From the NCBI GenBank assembly GCA_040954595.2, contig CM082581.2, positions 5,820,699 through 5,884,698 on the forward strand: 64,000 bases of DNA, in the 5' to 3' direction. Both the position numbers and the translations under genes were made by a program. This stretch comes from Balanoglossus misakiensis (taxonomy: Eukaryota > Animalia > Hemichordata). Of this stretch, positions 50,408 through 64,000 are shown piece after piece. The notes beneath the pieces are model-generated. The model searched no databases. It was not told the origin of the DNA and saw nothing but the letters and a program-made list of their open reading frames with translations. Positions within the stretch are counted from its first letter, which is position 1, and each line of letters begins with the position of its first letter.

Positions 50408-53400
50408 TTTAGGTTCGAAATGACGTTTTCGTCGATGACGGCTGTACGCCGACGCTGTACTGCATATGTATGGCGCCACACCTATTCTCAATAATAGCTT
50501 GGTGGCACATCGACACTCGATCGCCGATCGCAGTGGCAACTTGCGCTTTCACGCCCCGTGTTGCTAATACGCAGTTTAAAGTATCGGGTTTGGTGCATTC
50601 CGGTGCTCTATCATTGTCATTTGGTTTCCAGCATGATTTTATGCTCATGCCCAGGCCGTGACGGATCACAGAGCAACGGATGTTACAGTATGTGGCTGAA
50701 CTAGCCATCATATATATATTCGCGATTGCTTTTGTCGGTGCGCCGTTGTTAAGCGCCGCCATCATCGCCGCTATACCTCCGTCGCTATCATTATACTATA
50801 TTACATGTACATCAGCTTATACATGTAGGTAGCGTATTTTAACAAACGAATACCGGTGATTGTAGCCAGAAATACAAAACGGACAAAATAAAACAAACGT
50901 TTACTAACTTGAAGATGGCAATAGTTTTGTTGCATACTCGGAAGAAAGTGACGTGTTTAGGACGGACAAAACAGAGGGGAGTCGCGAAGTGGATGTGATT
51001 CCGTCACGGTGCGCCAGCGATCCCGTGACGCTCTTTGAGTGGGGCCGCGCATGCTCATGTCAGCGTGTCAAGACATCCAAATATGCCAACTTCTTATTCT
51101 GAATTGAAAACCGAAATTGACTTAAAGTGCTCGGTAATCAGCACATATTGGTCAAGCTTGTCAATTACTAGTACCACAGGCGCGTAAAAGAAAAGGCCGT
51201 TTTGTCCCCTGCCTTGTGAGAAACCACGGCACACCTCATTGAAGTTAACCCCGCGGGGGCTAGAGGGCACACCGTACATCATCTGATACGCTCGGTCCCC
51301 CCTCAGCGGTTGCCCTTGTCCCTTTCAGCAGGGTCTACTAGATTGTTCTTCTCGACTCGACTGTCACGACGTCTCCGTTTTGTTTACTTTATTTTTCGGA
51401 ATTTCTTTTCTGTTCTCCGGTTTGGGCCCGGAGCAATGGCTGCCAGACTAGAGATGCTCGAGCGCAGCCTGGGCTTGTCGGTCAGAATATCCATTCAGCC
51501 ATTAAGATCGACAACTGTGAGACATGCCTTCTGATCACAACAACATCTTGACGCGGGCACAGATACGTCCGGTTGCAGATATGGACTATATGTATGACTC
51601 TGTGTGTATAATTTGAGTATAAACCTAAATCACGTTTATATTTTTATGGCGCGGGACTGAAATCTTGGCATTACCATCTGCGTGAGGTGTCGTTTTGAAA
51701 TTATTTGTTGCTGTCGAAGCAATCCTTATTAGTAATCGTCTTGTACCATGCACACATCAAACAGCAGCAAATGGACAGCAAAAGAAAAAGTGAAATTCTT
51801 CGTGGTGATTTATAGGCCATATATACAAGGTATTTTATTTCATACACGAATGACGGTACCAATATATAATCAAATGCACCAAAAAACTGGAAAAAAAATT
51901 GACAAACAAAACGATCAAGAGGGACACGAATTTGCTGATAGTTCTTGCCTCTAAGTTGCGTTGCCGAACCGATGTAATGATAAATATGTATTCATTGTCG
52001 AAATTACCCGGCGACAGTGCTTGTTATTTGCTGATGAAATTATCAGACAAACGTAAAAAAAAAAACATTTCGAAGCTTAGCAAGAGTGCCACGCCAAGAT
52101 TTTTATAGCAGACATAATGCACTACCATCTCTTCTTCGATTACACAGATTTTGTGAATTACGTGAGCCGTGATTTCAGGCCGTAGAAGACTCACCGAAAT
52201 GTTTGCATGAGTGAGAAGGGATTTGATACAGACACTCTACACATCACTTGTAAATTTGTGAGGCTAACTTAATAAAAGTCGATCTTTTGCGGCGCTCTTT
52301 TACTAGTACATGTACTCTGAAAGATGGGTAGGCAATGTTAAAGTTGGTGTTCCTTCGAAAATAATTACAGTGAAGCAAGAAATAGCTGTTTTATTTCGGC
52401 GTTTATTCGTCGCTCATTTTCCTTCAGTACAAAATAAATGTCCTCGTTTGGCTTTGGCTATATACCACGTGTTGTCACTGAAGGAACGGGAAAAATGTGT
52501 GTTCTATTCATGAACTCCCAGGACGCAAAAACGTACAGTTTAACTTTCTTGGCAATTGTGCAGTGAGAGCCTACAGAAACGTCGAAATTATCATCGTGTG
52601 GTGCACGTGACGTAAGGGTACACCGTCAGCCACATTTAAAAGATAACCGATTTCAAACTGATACTTCTACGTCTTTATTTCCCAACATATGACCTTTTGG
52701 GGACTATCTTGTATTGAGTCTACAAGTATAAGAGGGAGTTGCGACTGAAAACTGGCTATCTCTCTCTCTCTCTACCATCACAGTTTCTAAACACCACAGC
52801 ATCACGGCGATATAAAATTTCATGTATTTCATTCGTGCGATAAATAAATTAAAACATTTTACCCGGAATTAATGAAATTAGAGTTCCGGGTCTTGTTCGC
52901 TGGTTCGACTTTAGTACAAAAAAATGGAGGCAAGAAATCGAACGGGAGGCGAGGTTCTCTAGACATAAAATCAGGAGACAACCTGAGCATGCAAGTCTGC
53001 TGGACAACGAGCTTCTAATGTGAATAACACTTGGCAATAATTGGGGTGATTACATTAATGTATAGCTACAGTTAAGCTTTCCATTGAATCGTTTAAAAGC
53101 GGAAGTGAAAACGTTGTCCAGTTTTCGACTTACACGCTGTCTACTTGCACTAGGTCATAATTTGAACTATTGTCGTCCACTGATTCACACATTCTTACAA
53201 CGGTGCCTGATTCTACCGACGTGCAAATCACCGTTCTCTTCTAAGAATATTCACATATTGATTCGTCTCCGCCGGAAGTGACGTGTTCTTAGTTGGATTT
53301 TTGTCTAAGCGGTGCGCTTCTCATAAAGTCTATGGACCGCTTTAAGTATACACTCGGTGTACCAACCGATTTGAGTTCAACTTCTTCGTCTATCGCCACC

Positions 53401-53648
53401 ATTCACACTATTTTAACAAAAAATGTGTTCGCTTTTGTTCTTGTCAGGGTTTCGTAGGCATGTGTTGGGCGGTTTCAAACCGTTCACAAATCAGCCTGGA
53501 AAACGCTTTTCTTTCAAGAATTTCTTAAATTTGATTCGAATATTCTGAATAAAGCATGTCAGTGGGCTTTGTAGACCAAGACGGAATATCTCTTCCTCGC
53601 CCTCAGTCGAGTCAATGGAAGTCCGACATGACTCAACGATATTTGAGG

Positions 53649-53882
53649 CTACGATTCTTGAGCCGCTTCTTCGTTTTCATTCAGGCCGTCCTCCTCGTCC
53701 GATGACTCATCAATCGCCGGCGACATTTGTGATGACGTCATCTCGTCCTCGTCGACTTGATTCGTCTCGAGTCTCCACCGGTCAACGTGATGCGAGCCTT
53801 TCTTGTCGTCGTCCACTTTGATTTCTTCCTCCGCCTTGATCCGCTTGTATTTCGTTCGCCTGTTTTGGAACCAGACTTTGAC
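53649..53882 (-). CDS. Emx: Emx homeobox gene, exon 3 (helix 3 and acidic C-terminus)
   Basis: ttttcag|GTC AAA GTC TGG TTC CAA AAC. Encodes VKVWFQNRRTKYKR...KKGSHHVDRWRLET...AAQES*. Confidence 0.95.
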   Translation of the reverse strand, partial: VKVWFQNRRTKYKRIKAEEEIKVDDDKKGSHHVDRWRLETNQVDEDEMTSSQMSPAIDESSDEEDGLNENEEAAQES

Positions 53883-56800
53883 CTGAAAACGCGTTGAAAC
53901 AGAGGAGGAAACTGTAAGAACACAAACAGACAACGGGCACATCTATCGGTAAAACTCAACCCTAAAAAGAGCGAAGAAACGCACAGAAACGTTTTACTGG
54001 TAGTCTAGCCAGGATTCGAAACAGTCGATTACCTAAAATCTGCAAAAAATGTTTGACACGACACATCGGAAGAAACGCATCGGCAGCTGCAGAGCAGACG
54101 TCCCCACGATGAACAGATTCGCCTAGTATACAAATCGCGGTGGAGCCCAGTGACCCAGCAGGCTCACCTTTGCCGCGGATGACCACAAATTTTAGCGTCC
54201 ATTCACCGTGGTCTGTGTTTATTTGTTTGTTGTCTGTCTGCCTTTATGACTTTGATTGGGTCATTTGAATTATTTCATGTGTACACGTTTGTGGTGGTCT
54301 TCCCGTAACGCGAAGTACCACATAAACGCCCCACTCGACTAATCTCGCATCGCGATTTCCAACACGGTAGCTCCAAAATAGTTCTCGGTATAATTGCAAT
54401 TAATTGGGCAAACAAGAATCAACACTCTGACAAGAAATTAGAATCGTTGATATAAATTAAAGGAAAAAACTGCCCGCGGAAAAATTACTGCCCTTACACG
54501 ACTTTGCCTGTAAATGGTTGCATTTTAATGCAGATACCGCCTTAGAATACTGCTGACTGAATCTGTGTATTTCCCGTTGTTGTGATAACATAAAAGTTGA
54601 TGGGAGAAATTTGTAAAAGTTGACGTTTCTGAAACGTGTTTGCACGTGACCCACACATGAAGGCACATTTGGCTGTAATTCGACAAAGGCTCGGCGTGTT
54701 TAGCTTTTTAATCTGTCCCATAAGTTGCCGAAAATCCCGTTTGTATGTGTAACACCAGATACTAAGTATTAAAAACGGGCTGCCGCACACTATTTTAACG
54801 GCCCCGCGACATAAACTAAACACACCACGGTGTTTTCGTTTTAACGATGTTTGTCCAGTGAACGATTGACAAAGTAAGCGGATCGCGTCACTGCATCGCG
54901 GAGGAGAGGGGAAAGAAATCCCAGTGAGTGATAAATTGATGGGGGTCGAGGTGGGAGACATCCGAGATCTTTCTCATCCCTCGGTAATTTGGGACGTTCG
55001 CTTGGTATTTAACCGTGGCATGAGGACAGCACTGTTTAGATCACGTTGTCGTAAAAGAGTGATTTTATGCGTGTTGAAATTGTCTTTAACACGGTTTGTT
55101 GATACGTGTTTAACTCCTCCACAGACACAGTTCGCCTCCCAATGTTAACATAAACACAATAAACGGGGCACTAACACACTAAAGAATTCGCGAGGAGTGC
55201 TAAGGTCGATTCGGGTGATGTTTTTTTGTCATTTCTACTGACGTTTACGCTGGCAGTGTTTATATCGAGTTTTTGAGTCCCTCGTATCCATGGAAATCCA
55301 AGACGGAACAGACTTCACAACTGGATACTCGGGGGAGAATGTTACCATCGTCTGCTAATGCTCACTAAAATTGGTTTAAATTTGGCGTGTTGTAAATTGG
55401 TTTGAAAAAACAACGGTACTGATGTAGATACATCTTGTATGCGAGGTGTTATGTATGAATGGCGTGCGGCCGTTCAAAAGTGTAACATGTGTAACACGCT
55501 GTGTCGGATGAGCGCCGCGCCGCGCGCCACAATTAATACATCATTTCCCCACCGCATCACATAGAGAGTTTCTGCTGCGATATAGCTTTGAGAGTTTTAG
55601 CATTGGTGAAAACGGGCTGCCGCGCCGCACTTAGCGTCAATTTGCCCACTAAAATGGCCAAATCCACGAGTATTAGAACGGCAACAGTGCATTGTACTAC
55701 AGACCCCTCTACTGTCCATGATTGTACACACACATGTTCGATGGCGAAAGCCCCCCGTCTGAAAGTTAACCATTACACAATATTTCAATGGAGGTCCTTT
55801 GTCATACGTTCGTGTACAGTAAGGCCCGGTGTTCTGTCGCTGTCCCCCCAACAATTCTGTCAATAATAGGCGACAGCCTGTTCGGGAATCGAGTCTATTT
55901 TTGATCTAGAATGCTCCGTTAGCTTCTGGGTGACGGCGTTCCCGCGCGGAAGCTCGGAAGACTGCCTACAATCAGAGGCGGCTGACCCAACAGCCAAACA
56001 AAGGGAGAATCTGACAGTCGGAATTTTGCCGTCATGTAATTCGGCAGATTAATACCCATTAGTTAAAAGCGATCAACAAAATGTCACTGGATTTCGCGCT
56101 GATGTGGCCATGATTAATTGCATCGAATATATCACACTCTGGACCGTGTTACTGTCTTTAAAACATATACTAATATGTGTGGTCGACTTGGTTTGAGCGG
56201 CCAGGCTGTGACTTCATCATGTTGGTGTAAATTAACACAAAATTAGGTCTATAAATCAAGGATTTCCTCATGGGTAGTGTATGCGTCTGTTACTTGTCAT
56301 CTTTGTTAACAAATGATGGCTTTAGAGATTACATGGCAAAGTTGACCATATTCGTTTAGACAAAACCACCCCGTTCTCAATACGTCGCGGTCATTTGGGA
56401 AATATATTATATTGATACGAACATTGACGATACTGATGTCATTCTCTTTTTGAATTTTGACCAGACACCAACGACAGACAAAGTCCTGGAATGTTTTCAT
56501 AGACTAGTACGTGTACAAACAAACGCGCCGGGAAATAATGCGAACGTTTCATATTATTATGAAATTCCGATAGCTTAAGCGAAGCAAAATATTAATACTG
56601 CAAACATGCCACAAGGATCGTAAAATAGCCTTTAGGTCACTTTTGTGCGACTTGTTGTAATTTTCGAAATTTCCCGGTGCGACTAGTCCGTTTTCTATAC
56701 CGATACGGCTAAGTGACAACGAAAACGCGTGAATATATACCGTGGTTCGTATAGTATCTTAAAAGTAATTGGGCAGTATTTCCCCCAAAACAAACGGTTT

Positions 56801-58314
56801 TCACATCCGGGAAATATTTAGTCAAGTATAATTATGGTACTCGTTCTAATTTGTGAATGAGCCTGGGATGCCGAAAGTTGTACATCGATGTGGACGACGG
56901 TTGGAACGTTCTGCGCTTGATGCGGGCAGCGCTCCGTCGCATCGCTCGGCTCTGCGACATTACCGCAAACAAAAAAATCCAGCGTGAGTGAGTTGAACGA
57001 ATTCGAAGACAGGCGAGGACTTTTTCCCTCGGCGCTCACGTCCGTGCTGGCTTGTACATGTCACTTTGATCAAATGTGTTGTTTACGTCACTTAATTTGT
57101 TTTATGGGTTATAATTTTCCTCAGCCGAACATCCGAGCTTTTGTGTGGTCGTTTCCGCGGTCGACGACGTGAGGTTGTCTCCCGCCACCGACGCGAAGAA
57201 CTCCCAAAGAAGGAACGTTCAGAGGTGTGTGCCAAACTCGTATTCTGTGAATTTAGTGTGTGAAAACCCCATAGAATTACTTTCATATTCTATTTAAAAA
57301 GGCAATAAACCCCAGCCCAACTAGCCGAAACGGAATGTATATTATGTCCTCCTTTGAGGGACTATGCATTTGCACACGTATTAAAAACGAATAAAATTCC
57401 CATATCATACAGCCAGTGGAGATAAATGTGCCATTAGTTGGCTGACCTTAATTAATACAAAACAGCCATCGACAAAATGTGTGGAGCTATATATACTTGC
57501 AGCTGACTTGTGTAAATCGCTGAAAACTGAAAAAGTATCCTGTCATCGCAATTTCTTGAAATTCGTTTTGTGAAAACAGTTTTCTGCGAGGGAACGGAAA
57601 TCGAAATTTGTGGGCATTTTTGGCTTGAGAAAGAAACCAATATTTCGACGAGAATTGGTCGGCCGATCACCCGTGTATTTTTTCAAGGACAAATGATTAG
57701 TTACGGCCAGTACATGGCCCAGAAAATATTCACAGTTTAGTTTGGAAGCGCCCATCTGACCCGCGGGACAGGGAGTAACCCTTCACTGGTTTGTACAGAG
57801 AGGTCCTATACGTTTCGTTCCTACCGCCCGTTCTTCAAATGGATGGAAACTTTCGATTGAGAATCTTTCTTTTGCTTTTTCGCTTTCAAAAAGCTCGTTA
57901 CAACCCACTCGTGTTCGGTTTAAATATAATGATCTGTTCATATGCATGAACAGCGGTGGTATGAAAGTTGTCCGTGTATAAGCATCTGTTCGTTGTATTA
58001 TGCAAAGAGTGTCCTGCTGGCTCTGTCATACCTGAGTTTAACCAATGGGGCTTAAGCTACAAGGACAATCACTGTCTTTTCATCAATTCAAACTTCTTGA
58101 TTTTCTATCCACGTAATGTAATTAAGGTTAATTTCCATGTCGATTTCAATCACTGGGAGAGGCAAATTAAGCGGCCGATAAGCTGTTGAATTGTTTGAAA
58201 TAAATACGGGCGCGCACATGGGTTTAGCCCTAAAGAAAGCTAGACATGCCTTCAATTGTCGTGAACAAAAAAATAGCTATGGGTGGTGGGTTTACGAAGA
58301 AGAGTCGAACTTAC

Positions 58315-58496
58315 CTGCGTTTCGGTGAGGTTGAGGCTGGACGCGAGCTGTTTTCTCTCGGCTCCGACGACGTAGTGATTCTTCTCGAACGCGTGCTCGA
58401 GCCTGAGGAGTTGCGAGGGCGAAAACGCCGTTCGTATCCTCTTGGGTTTTCTGAAGGGATTCTGGAGTAAGAGGCTGCCGTTGACGTGGTCGCCGC
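58315..58496 (-). CDS. Emx: Emx homeobox gene, exon 2
   Basis: ctttcag|GC GGC GAC. Encodes [46 protein letters not shown]|gtaag, a diagnostic Emx homeodomain. Confidence 0.97.
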
Positions 58497-60174
58497 CTGA
58501 AAGTCGGTGCGAAGGGGACAAAAAAAAAAGACACGGTTAGGTCTCATGTCGTGTTTACTCGCCTGAAAAGCTGACACGTGAATTCTGCTATGCGTTGGGT
58601 GTTAGGACTTTACGAACAAAAAAATAACAACTGGCCGAACGATTTCAACAGACCATAACTTGAACAAAAGGGCAGGGCCAGCTTTCGCGCGCGGGCTGGA
58701 GGGAGAAACACGATCGTCCGGAAGCTCGAGAGCATCCATTTGTCAACGAGGTATTTGAGATCACATCCGAGTCGACATAAACTTCAAAACAGAGGTTTTT
58801 TTTCTCTCGCCGGATTCCGTGAATCGAAAGCAACCGCGGGGCCCACTTATTTTCGTACCATTCTCTTTCACGGATGACGGTCTGCCCTCAAGTCGTTGGT
58901 TTTGAGCTGTGATCCCCTTCCACAAGTCGGAGTAAAAGTACGGCTTCGACTTCCTAACACATCGCGATCGACAGAAACCTCTACGTCGAGTTATTTGCTT
59001 ACAACAACCCATCCGTAATGCTCGATCAAACAACACGGGTACAGATCACAATAAACTATACCGTAAACGTCAAAATACTCAGATACCGTCGATTATTTGT
59101 AAAACTCTCGCCTCGAAAATGAAGAAAATATTTCGTTTAAATACGTACTTGGAGTCGGGCTGCCAGGCTAATGTAAATAATGGAGACAAATTAAGCTGTC
59201 TTTAGAGTTAGCCCTGCCTGCCAGACATATCATTTGTAAACCCCTGTGCTCCCAATTTACTTTATTACCCTTGGATTATGCCCATTGTTTTAAAAAACAC
59301 CGAGTCGTTGTTGCGACGCGTGGAACACATTTGTCTCCGCTGTGAGATCAACCTAAAAGACGGAAAAGATTGCAGGAATGTGTGCTCGCGGGTTTTTTTG
59401 TTCTGGTGGCCAACGCTGTTACACACCATTGACGGCCAAATACCGTGATGGTGAAAGCGAAGCAGTTCAACGGTGTTGGACTGAGGTTTAACGCGTAGAA
59501 GTCGGACTTAGTACGGGTGAGCGCTCTTTGCGCTGCAGCCGAAAAAAAATAACTTCAAAAGTGGAGCGATGATATGCTCGTGAGTGAAAAAAAAGCCTTC
59601 GGTGGAGTGTGGAACTCGAAGAATCTAAAGTTGACGTATACATTTCGCCGTGTTTTGATTCTTGGGAATTAGCGTGCTTTTCACTGTATACATTGTAATA
59701 CTTGACACAATGTTGGTTCACTGTAAATATATTCAAGTGGCCGTTGAAAGCCTTCTTTTTTCTTTTGTAATCGATGTTGTTCTGTCTGCTAAGATCCGAT
59801 TTGGTTTCCACTGCAAAGGCGAAATTTGCCAAAGACGGACGAGCTCTTAAGTAGCCGTGGTGGGAAAGGCTATAAACGGGAAACTCAACGGTTGAACTAA
59901 TTAACTGTCTAATTTAGAGGCTCTTCATGTGTTTATAGCGTTTTTTTTCTGAAATAAAAAGTACGGAGTGAAAGCACCGGAAAACAGTTTCGCATGTCTG
60001 GGTGAAAAATGCCGTCTCGGTGTTTACATGTACGTTCCCTTCTTTAAGGTCAAACACAGAGAGTGAGAGTGAGGTAGAAGATCAAGACCAGTCATAAACT
60101 TTTTTTTTGGTTTCAAGTTCACCGTGCTGTAGCCAAGCGTGTTAGTTGGCCGAAGTGACCTTGCGACAGCTTAC

Positions 60175-60625
60175 CTGGGAAACGCGGACCGACGAACCTG
60201 GAGCGGGAGAGGAACCACGGGTAGAAGCCGAGCTGTTCCCGGTGGTGATTGAAGAGAGGTGGCAGTGAGTGGTGGTGTGCCGTCGGGTGCGACGCCGAGT
60301 GTCCGAGGCCGAAGGGCGGCGGCAGCGACAGCGGGTGGGCGTCGTGGTGCGGGAAAGCCGCCGGGTCGCTGTACAAACTTTTCATGGTGTGCAGGGTGCT
60401 GAGGTAGGGCGACGCCGTCGGTGTGGCCGACGCCGCGGCCGCCGCGCTCAGGCAGGAGGCGGCGCCGCACGTCCCGTAGGGCCTGATGGAGGCCGCCGTG
60501 GAGGTGGCGGTCGTCGAGTGGGAGTCGCTCGACGAGAAGTCCTTGCCCACCAGCGACTCGATGCTGAAACAACTTGGTTTGGGTTGAAACATCATTGTGT
60601 CTGGTGTGCACGATATAGTGGCCAT
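60175..60625 (-). CDS. Emx: Emx homeobox gene, exon 1 (start at 60625, or 60595/60592); total about 288 aa
   Basis: MFQPKPSCFSIESLVGKD is the Emx N-terminal eh1 motif. Also poly-Ala, a His/Pro-rich region and FYPWFL. Donor CCA G|gtaagc (phase 1) matches the exon 2 acceptor. Confidence 0.93.
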
Positions 60626-60879
60626 TAATGGTCCAACTTGGTCCTGCGGAGTACTGTTCAGAAATAGACAGCGGACTGACTGCAGCAAGAGTTGACAAAC
60701 AAAAAAAGAACACCGCTCGCACACACACCACTTGGGTTAGTTAGGTATCCACGCTTACAACACCGGTAACGTTACAAGTCAGATGCTTTGGGTAGTCCCG
60801 TATCTCGTTATAGCGTTCCCTTCACTTGATCCCACACTAATTAGTTAGACTATTTGGTAAAATACGCGTGTTGGCGCTG

Positions 60880-61035
60880 TTCTAATTGGCTCCTGATTGG
60901 TCGCAATGGTGTGTAACTGTCAACACTGCAATGAGATTAGCCAAACTGGCTGGTAATCAAGTAACCCTCTACCACGACCACTGTCCCGTCTCTGATTGGC
61001 TCTCGACGCAACCAATGGGACATGCATTGGCTGTC
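60880..61035 (-). promoter_or_regulatory. Candidate Emx proximal promoter with clustered CCAAT boxes
   Basis: ATTGG at ~60885, ~60896, ~60995 and ~61026, and CCAAT at ~61012, 260-400 bp upstream of the first ATG. Confidence 0.45.
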
Positions 61036-64000
61036 ACGGTGCTTTTTCCGAGGTCGCATGTGAACCAGTCTCCTTGGTAATTCCAGACACCATTTGGAAA
61101 TTAATCATGTGTTTGTTGGTAAAAATCTCGCACCCGCCCTCATCTTTAAAAAAAGCGACCCACAACACTTCTCTTGGGTTCTCCTACAGGAGTGAAAAGT
61201 TTGAGAAATATCTTCGTCCGTTTCAAAAGTACACATGCATGCGCAACCCTGAAAATGTATGCAAATTGCTATACACAGGAACTCGTTTGCAGCGTTTTTG
61301 TAAGGAGGGTTCGTGTAAATGGATCAAAGGGGGTTTGTTGTGTGTAACATTGTTTTGTTTCATTTTGATACAGCCCTTTAATATGATAATGACCGGGGTA
61401 AATGAGCTCACGTAAACACGCTTGTTTAGAAATGACCCGGCATTAGCGCGGAAAGTGCCAACAGTTCTCTTTTGTCAGCGGCCAACTCCACACATAATCG
61501 CCACTAGCCTGTTGATCAGGCAGGTGTCACGAGGGGTGGGGGATGTTTTATGATGACAACTTTCATCGTCCAGCGTGGCGCGTTTTGGTGGCCCACGTTC
61601 ACCCCGTCGCGGCTCTGTCAGCGGTGCGCGCTCATCACGACGCACCGAGTCCGCGCGGCTGATAGTCGCCTCCCCCTCCTTCCACTCAGCGAGACCGACT
61701 AATTTCCTCGTGTATCGATTTGCCCACACAGGACACTCATGAGCTCAATGACACGCACACAAAAAGGGCTTTCTATAAAACACTTGGTGAAAAAGACAAT
61801 ACAAAGCCCTGAATGGTTAATCATACCGATGGATTGATTTGCATGCTGACGGGAGGAGCAGTGCCATACCGACAGACTATTACAGCCGCCGCTCCATTCA
61901 AGTCCCCTTTTCTAAGTGGGAATAAATTACTATCAGTGATTAACTCGTTACCAGACCAAATGCAAGATAATTAATACCAACGCCCCTCCTCCTAACTTAG
62001 GCACTGTTAGCGTGAAAATGGAAAAGAAAATGCACGAAACAGCAACCAATAAAGGATCTGGTTATTAATTACATACGATGTTTGGAAACCTCAACTTTGA
62101 AAGTGTGAATCGAGGGCACTTTGAAACAATGGTATCTGCATCGCCTGTTTTCGTCATCCATTTTGCTTGTTGTTTACAGCTTGTTTATTAAGGCAACACA
62201 ACAATCGCGATTCGGTGCCAATGACCACTCCAATGTCATAAACTGTTCCAAACTACAACAAGTCCAGCGCCATCATAGCGTCAAATTACCAATGACGTGT
62301 GCGATCGCCAGCGGCACATACCGGTGCCACCAGTCGGGCTACTACGAGTATTGCAATGACTGAGCTGCCCCATCAGTGTCAGAGTACCAGTCTGAAGGCG
62401 CCCCCACAGACCGGTGCCTCGAACGTGAACCAGTTCAGAGTGCCACCGGGGCCAGTGTGTGTGTGTGTGGGGGTGATACAATTGTCCAAAATTCTGGACG
62501 TCGGCGTATACTTTTGGCCAGAGCAGTGTTACCAAACCAGGCCGTTGCCACCAGTCGATCCTCCCGCGACCAACAACTCAGCGTCATCGTGCAAGTCCAG
62601 TGTACACCGAGCTGGATCAGAGCTACTGTATTACACGCGGTCTAATGCCAACTCCAAGAGACCACAGCCCCGCCAACCAGGGCAGTGCCAAAATCGACCA
62701 CCTGCGTGCCACCAGTATCACGCCATGAACAAAACAGCCCAATTAGAGTCCGAAAGAATATCAACGAACTCGCCTGCGTTTATGTACCCTGACGTCACCG
62801 AGGCAGCAAGAAGTTTACGACGACAACAACAATAACAACAACTCCGGTGCTACTTACCAGCATTTTGCCACACTCACCGAATTAATCTTATGCGCTGTCG
62901 TGTAATAAGTTCACAGTATTTTGCCTGCCACTTTCGTTCTCATCATAACAAGATGGGCCCACTAGAAAAATACCAAACAAAAGAATTTTGAAATAGAAAA
63001 GTTAACACTGCTTGAATCATCAAAACCGTTGCACCACCGTGGACACACTATCCACCCCATTTCTTCACAGAACACGACTGATGTTTAAACAGGCGACTTG
63101 TGACGAACGATTTGTTTAAAGCACAAATTGATTATCACACAGAGTTGAAATATTCGGATTTATGTTTCGCCTCCTTTGTGCTTCTTACAGGGAACGTCGA
63201 AGACAGTACATGAAGAGAGTCAACGACCGGTGGACACAGAAACATTTCTTGAACGAATACTCGGAATATTTGAGCATACAATAAACTCTGAAATTTTCAA
63301 TCTATTTGATATCATATTAGATTACATATAAATACATGTATGATCCACCGGGCTACCGGGTACAGCTCGTATACATCCATGCGATAGCCGAGACCGCACA
63401 GTCACATGTAAATACTAGTAAGCTTATGTCTCAAAATATTTGATCAGAGAATTTTATTTGTTGACCGCTTTAAAATAACCCATTATTTTCTGTTTACAAC
63501 AGTCTTGTAAAACTTTGGTCAATACACAAATCTGGGTCTAACAACCTTGGAAATCTCAACCTCTTTATTTATCGCTGTTGCGGGTACGCGCGTGCACTGC
63601 TCGTTCAGTATTTGTTTGCTGTAGTGTGCGCACGGGACGCTCATAAAATTAATAGGAATTGGATTAGCGTTTGTTTTTATATTTTTCTCGAAGCTAAAGA
63701 AACAATAAACTGGCATTGTGTTGAATTAAAAGCCTAATTCGTGTTTATTTGGATTTATATAGCGTGTGACATTCGAAAGTGTGAAGTAGAGGTGACAACG
63801 CTGCAGCGATAGAGACGCGCAAAGTGTCCGCGCAAATGGACGTGTACTTAAAATGTTACGACAATGTTTATACCCGTAACACGGAGCCTCTTTACATTCA
63901 CTTAAATCGGCAGTGCCTGGCCATTTCCGCGCCATAAAGTGATTATTGCTGCATAACCACGCAGTCACTGCGCCAATCCGACCTCCATTCACAGTCACAA

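Noticed and set aside
51338-51450. GGCTGCCAGACTA end resembling TAGTCT-type MITEs (similar end near 59170)
   Set aside because: No matching opposite terminus or TSD found.
60626-60724. N-terminal extension of ORF 60119-60724 and overlapping GC-rich ORFs (60171-60731, 60269-60628)
   Set aside because: Non-ATG start upstream of the real ATGs. The overlapping frames are shadows of GC-rich Emx exon 1.
62299-62835. 178-aa plus-strand ORF upstream of Emx
   Set aside because: Non-ATG start, includes a (GT)n run, and has no domain or splice support.

Overview
AT-rich eukaryotic (metazoan) genomic DNA. The gene content and repeat style suggest an invertebrate deuterostome such as a hemichordate; this is an inference, not established. 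The left half (1 to about 32.6 kb) is a young tandem array of four + strand genes encoding secreted collagen + globular C1q (gC1q) proteins. Their introns, collagen exons and 3' flanks are nearly identical, while the gC1q heads are strongly diverged and mosaic. All four carry a PGKIGP protease-docking-type motif. Three have a C1q-like Gly->Ala kink; the fourth lacks both the kink and intron 2. The spacer between copies 1 and 2 holds two 'matryoshka' nests of non-autonomous Helentron-like elements with internal satellite arrays. Each element sits in the T-run just behind the 5' hairpin of the previous one, which builds a CRISPR-looking stack of hairpin heads. The array also contains several MITEs, a LINE fragment and local tandem duplications. 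The right half is largely single-copy non-coding DNA with microsatellites, a perfect 191-bp-arm palindrome, a 26-bp P-element-like remnant and a complete three-exon Emx homeobox gene on the - strand (60625-53649). All alignments and counts were done by eye.
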